Assembly (NCBI GenBank): GCA_903831295.1
Contig: CAIKXA010000097.1
Location: forward strand, 984 to 64,983
From: an uncultured bacterium
GTDB taxonomy: Bacteria > Planctomycetota > Phycisphaerae > Phycisphaerales > SM1A02
Direction: 5' to 3'
DNA: 64,000 bases
Position 1 is the stretch's first letter, and every line of letters begins with the position of its first letter. Of the stretch, positions 62,206-64,000 are shown in pieces. The position numbers were made by a program, and so were the translations under genes. A model generated the notes under the pieces. It was not told the origin of the DNA, made no database searches, and worked only from the letters and a program-made list of their open reading frames with translations.

Positions 62206-64000
62206 CTACTTGGCCGCGCGTGCGCTTTGAATTGCTTCAACAACTTGCGCGCGCGTGTATGCGTCGCTCTTCAAAATTACTTTTCCTTTGGCATCTTGCA
62301 CAACCAGCAAGGGAATGCTCACGCGATCATAGTCGTGAAGTAAATTCCAGCCGTTGCTTTTGCGGCTTGTGATATCCACCTTGATGGCCGCCACATCCGA
62401 TTGCGCCAACGCCATTGCCACATCAACCGAATCCAACACCGCGCTTTCAAGCGCTTTGCAATTCAGGCACCATTCGGCGGTGAAATCCAGAACCAGAATT
62501 TTATTTTTTGCTTTTGCCGCGGCTACTGCCTCGCTTGAAAATGGAATCCACTCGGTTTTTCCAGCGCCACCCAACGCCATGCTCACGCCCACGCTTAGGG
62601 CGATCACGGCAATTGAAATCCCTGAAAAAAGAAGCCTAAATATGGATTTTTTGGTGATCCGCAAAGTGCGCCAGAACAACCACAAGCCAGCTGCGGAGCC
62701 CGTGGCGCCAATCAACCACCAATGCGCGTGTGTGGGAGTTTCTAGCAATCCATTCACGCCCGCCCCAATAAAAAATATCGCAGCGGCTAGCAATAGGATG
62801 CCCATGACTTGTTTCACAAGTTCGCTGGCGGGGCCAGTGCGTGGCATGCTTGCGACCAAGTTTGGAAACGCGCTTAAAAATAAATATGGAGTTGCCATTC
62901 CCGCGCCGATGGTTCCAAACACAATCAGCACCGTGGAAGTATTGCCACTTGAAGCCGCCCAGCCCGCCGCCGCGCCCATCAATGGCGCCGTGCAAGGAGT
63001 TGACAGCACCGCCGTCATAATTCCAAATACAAATGTTCCAATAAATGAATCGTGTTTGGGTTCAATCGCGTACACCCACGCTGGCAGACCCACGCTGAAG
63101 AACCCAGCCATGCCCACGGCCATGATGGCGATAAAAATTCCAAGCCCGATGGTGAATGCGGGATATTGAAAAAGTTGGTTGGCCGCGCTGAAGCCACTTG
63201 CGCCACCAACCAATGCGCCGAGCGCCAGCCAAAATCCAATCACGCCCAAACTCATCACCACGCCAAGTGAAAAACATTTGCCCCGATTGCCCGCGCTTTG
63301 GCTCAGGGACATGATTTTTAGCGGAATTATAGGCAAAACGCACGGGGTGAAGTTCAGCAACATGCCTCCCAGGAACGCCACAAACAGCAACAGAAAGAAT
63401 CCCGCGCCTTGGGGATCAACGCTGAATGAGGCGCCAAAAAAATCAAACTGCACGCCATTTTGTAATTTAATTTCCGTGGCGTCGCTGATTAATTTTGCCG
63501 GATCAAACTTTTGAAATTCTCCACTTGGCGCCACCGCGGCGGCGGCGTTATCCACTTGCAACGTGATTGGAATTTCAAGTTCTGCGGGCGCCAGACAACT
63601 GGTGTTGTTGCAGGATTGAAAATTCAGTAGCAGTGTCATTGGCAGCGGACCATTTTTTACATCCGCTCCAATTTGAATCGCGGCAAAGATCATCAACTTG
63701 CCTTCATAAACGGCGAGTGTTTGCTTGCCTTCGCCAAAATTAAATGCGGCGCCAACTGGTTGCGGCCATTGCGCGCCGACCAACTTCAACTCTGACTCGC
63801 CTTGCGCGGCGGCTTGCAATGGCAACGCTTGGAGCGCAAGCGTGGAAAAAATCGCGCCCTCAAATACCTCCGCATCCGCCACGGAGCGCGCTTGGGATTC
63901 CACGGGCCACATGTGCCAACCACTTTTCACTTTCACACGGATTGCAACCGGCACCAACGCGCCAGGGCGCACCGCGCCGCTTGGAATTTCGCCAGTGGCG
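62206..64000 (-). CDS. dsbD: Thiol:disulfide interchange protein DsbD-like (N-terminal DsbD-alpha domain, CcdA-type TM core, C-terminal thioredoxin); 5' end outside the window
   Basis: 'NFTPCVLPIIPLK', 'LSTPCTAPLMG' and the C-terminal 'DFTAEWCLNCK'. The frame stays open upstream of the listed GTG (63972) to the window edge, and no signal peptide has been seen yet. Confidence 0.87.
   Translation of the reverse strand, partial: ATGEIPSGAVRPGALVPVAIRVKVKSGWHMWPVESQARSVADAEVFEGAIFSTLALQALPLQAAAQGESELKLVGAQWPQPVGAAFNFGEGKQTLAVYEGKLMIFAAIQIGADVKNGPLPMTLLLNFQSCNNTSCLAPAELEIPITLQVDNAAAAVAPSGEFQKFDPAKLISDATEIKLQNGVQFDFFGASFSVDPQGAGFFLLLFVAFLGGMLLNFTPCVLPIIPLKIMSLSQSAGNRGKCFSLGVVMSLGVIGFWLALGALVGGASGFSAANQLFQYPAFTIGLGIFIAIMAVGMAGFFSVGLPAWVYAIEPKHDSFIGTFVFGIMTAVLSTPCTAPLMGAAAGWAASSGNTSTVLIVFGTIGAGMATPYLFLSAFPNLVASMPRTGPASELVKQVMGILLLAAAIFFIGAGVNGLLETPTHAHWWLIGATGSAAGLWLFWRTLRITKKSIFRLLFSGISIAVIALSVGVSMALGGAGKTEWIPFSSEAVAAAKAKNKILVLDFTAEWCLNCKALESAVLDSVDVAMALAQSDVAAIKVDITSRKSNGWNLLHDYDRVSIPLLVVQDAKGKVILKSDAYTRAQVVEAIQSARAAK

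Overview
This is a GC-rich, very gene-dense chromosomal segment with about 56 protein genes and one tRNA. Many gene junctions are 1-8 nt start/stop overlaps. Gene content suggests a PVC-type bacterium, probably Planctomycetota-like; that is inference only, since no search was possible. The pointers are a TPR protein with two RpoA alpha-CTD domains, an HExxH secreted peptidase with Pro-rich repeats, squalene-hopene cyclase, and McsA/McsB/ClpC alongside LPS genes.

Most of the window is housekeeping:
- Translation, replication and proteolysis: hisS, gyrA, clpC, an RluA-type pseudouridine synthase, a TlyA-like methyltransferase.
- Biosynthesis: class II DAHP synthase, ribE, nadB, surE, and a TrpG/PabA-type amidotransferase subunit.
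- Lipid and envelope: kdsA, lpxI, a FabF pair, shc, LolDE, a WecA-like transferase, an O-antigen-ligase-like protein, DsbD.
- Transport: an ABC-F ATPase, and MFS, MATE and EamA transporters.

I saw no rRNA, CRISPR array, transposase, integrase or phage genes.

Nothing here is a recognisable defence or mobile system. The candidates most worth a second look are:
1. A tightly coupled DoxX-vWA-ExbB-ExbD-ExbD-TPR operon (9.7-15.5 kb) that has no TonB. A membrane-anchored von Willebrand A protein sits in the TonB/TolA topological niche.
2. An orphan STAS-ExbD-TonB-like trio directly behind gyrA.
3. An overlapping KS-like/FabF pair in which the first member keeps the catalytic Cys but has lost both His.
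4. A membrane-anchored protein made of about 17 copies of a 22-residue Gly-rich repeat (beta-hairpin-like by inference).
5. A 510-nt AT-rich non-coding stretch that ends in an intrinsic terminator about 40 nt before an orphan nuoG-like gene.

All functional calls come from motifs read by eye in the supplied translations. No HMM, BLAST or Rfam search was run.
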